Assembly: GCA_905178155.1 (NCBI GenBank)
Contig: CAJINV010000009.1
Location: 979,415 to 1,043,414 of the forward strand
DNA from: Amoebophrya sp. A120
Taxonomy: Eukaryota; Protista; Dinoflagellata
Direction: 5' to 3'
DNA length: 64,000 bases
This document shows positions 63,810-64,000 of the stretch, piece after piece (position 1 is the stretch's first letter; every line of letters begins with the position of its first letter). The position numbers were made by a program, and so were the translations under genes. The notes under the pieces were generated by a model. It ran no database searches and was not told where the DNA came from. It saw only the letters and a program-made list of their open reading frames with translations.

Positions 63810-64000
63810 GCACATTTTGCATGACTCCTGATGTCTGTGATGCATGCCCTAGCATCACAGATTTTGTGAGGGCTTCCTGATGCCTATACCGCATGACAAA
63901 TGCTCTTTCCGTGTAGCAAAACTTGGACTCTCTTTGCTGCTCATGCAATACAGATTTTTTTAGAATCCAAAATCAGCATGACAAGTTGATTCTTCCAGAC

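Larger units (their letters stand above)
58876..64000. mobile_element. TIR intron of the 37189 family, expanded by a nested insertion; right end truncated by the window
   Basis: Left end TATCAAATGGAAAAATGTCTGGGTCTGGAA is 29/30 identical to the 37189 element. The window ends TCTTCCAGAC, the reverse complement of GTCTGGAAGA in the left TIR. GCATSACA motifs at 63852, 63891 and 63976. Confidence 0.75.

Noticed and set aside
109-63880. Numerous + strand and nested ORFs in the track
   Set aside because: Antisense or alternate-frame shadows of GC-rich - strand genes, with no domain motifs.
1-64000. Genome-wide stop-codon reassignment, as reported for one syndinian
   Set aside because: Multi-kb ORFs are stop-free in the standard code, and eIF4A and NACA end at TAA in the expected positions.

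Overview
Gene-dense eukaryotic nuclear DNA, about 13 genes, all on the - strand, with short introns. The architecture points to an alveolate, most plausibly a syndinian dinoflagellate such as Amoebophrya (inference). Conserved genes (eIF4A, NAC-alpha, CFAP99-like, LPCAT-like) have ordinary GT-AG introns. The main result is a family of transposon-like introns, 7 complete and 1 running off the window end. Each starts TAT(C/G) and ends ATA, has terminal inverted repeats (TIRs), and is flanked by a 5-bp target-site duplication (TSD). Most carry repeated GCAT(G/C/T)ACA motifs. Removing an element plus one TSD-length rejoins the flanking ORFs in frame, and none of those precise registers gives GT-AG ends. 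Six such elements plus one canonical intron join separate ORFs into one ~5,900-aa gene (31321-~51000; MYND-like and pRiA4b-ORF3-like domains). The last element (58876->64000) contains a nested ~4.9-kb insertion bounded by a 15-bp direct repeat. Its empty site reads as a palindromic, att-like sequence built from the same motif. All junctions were read by hand and need RNA-seq confirmation.
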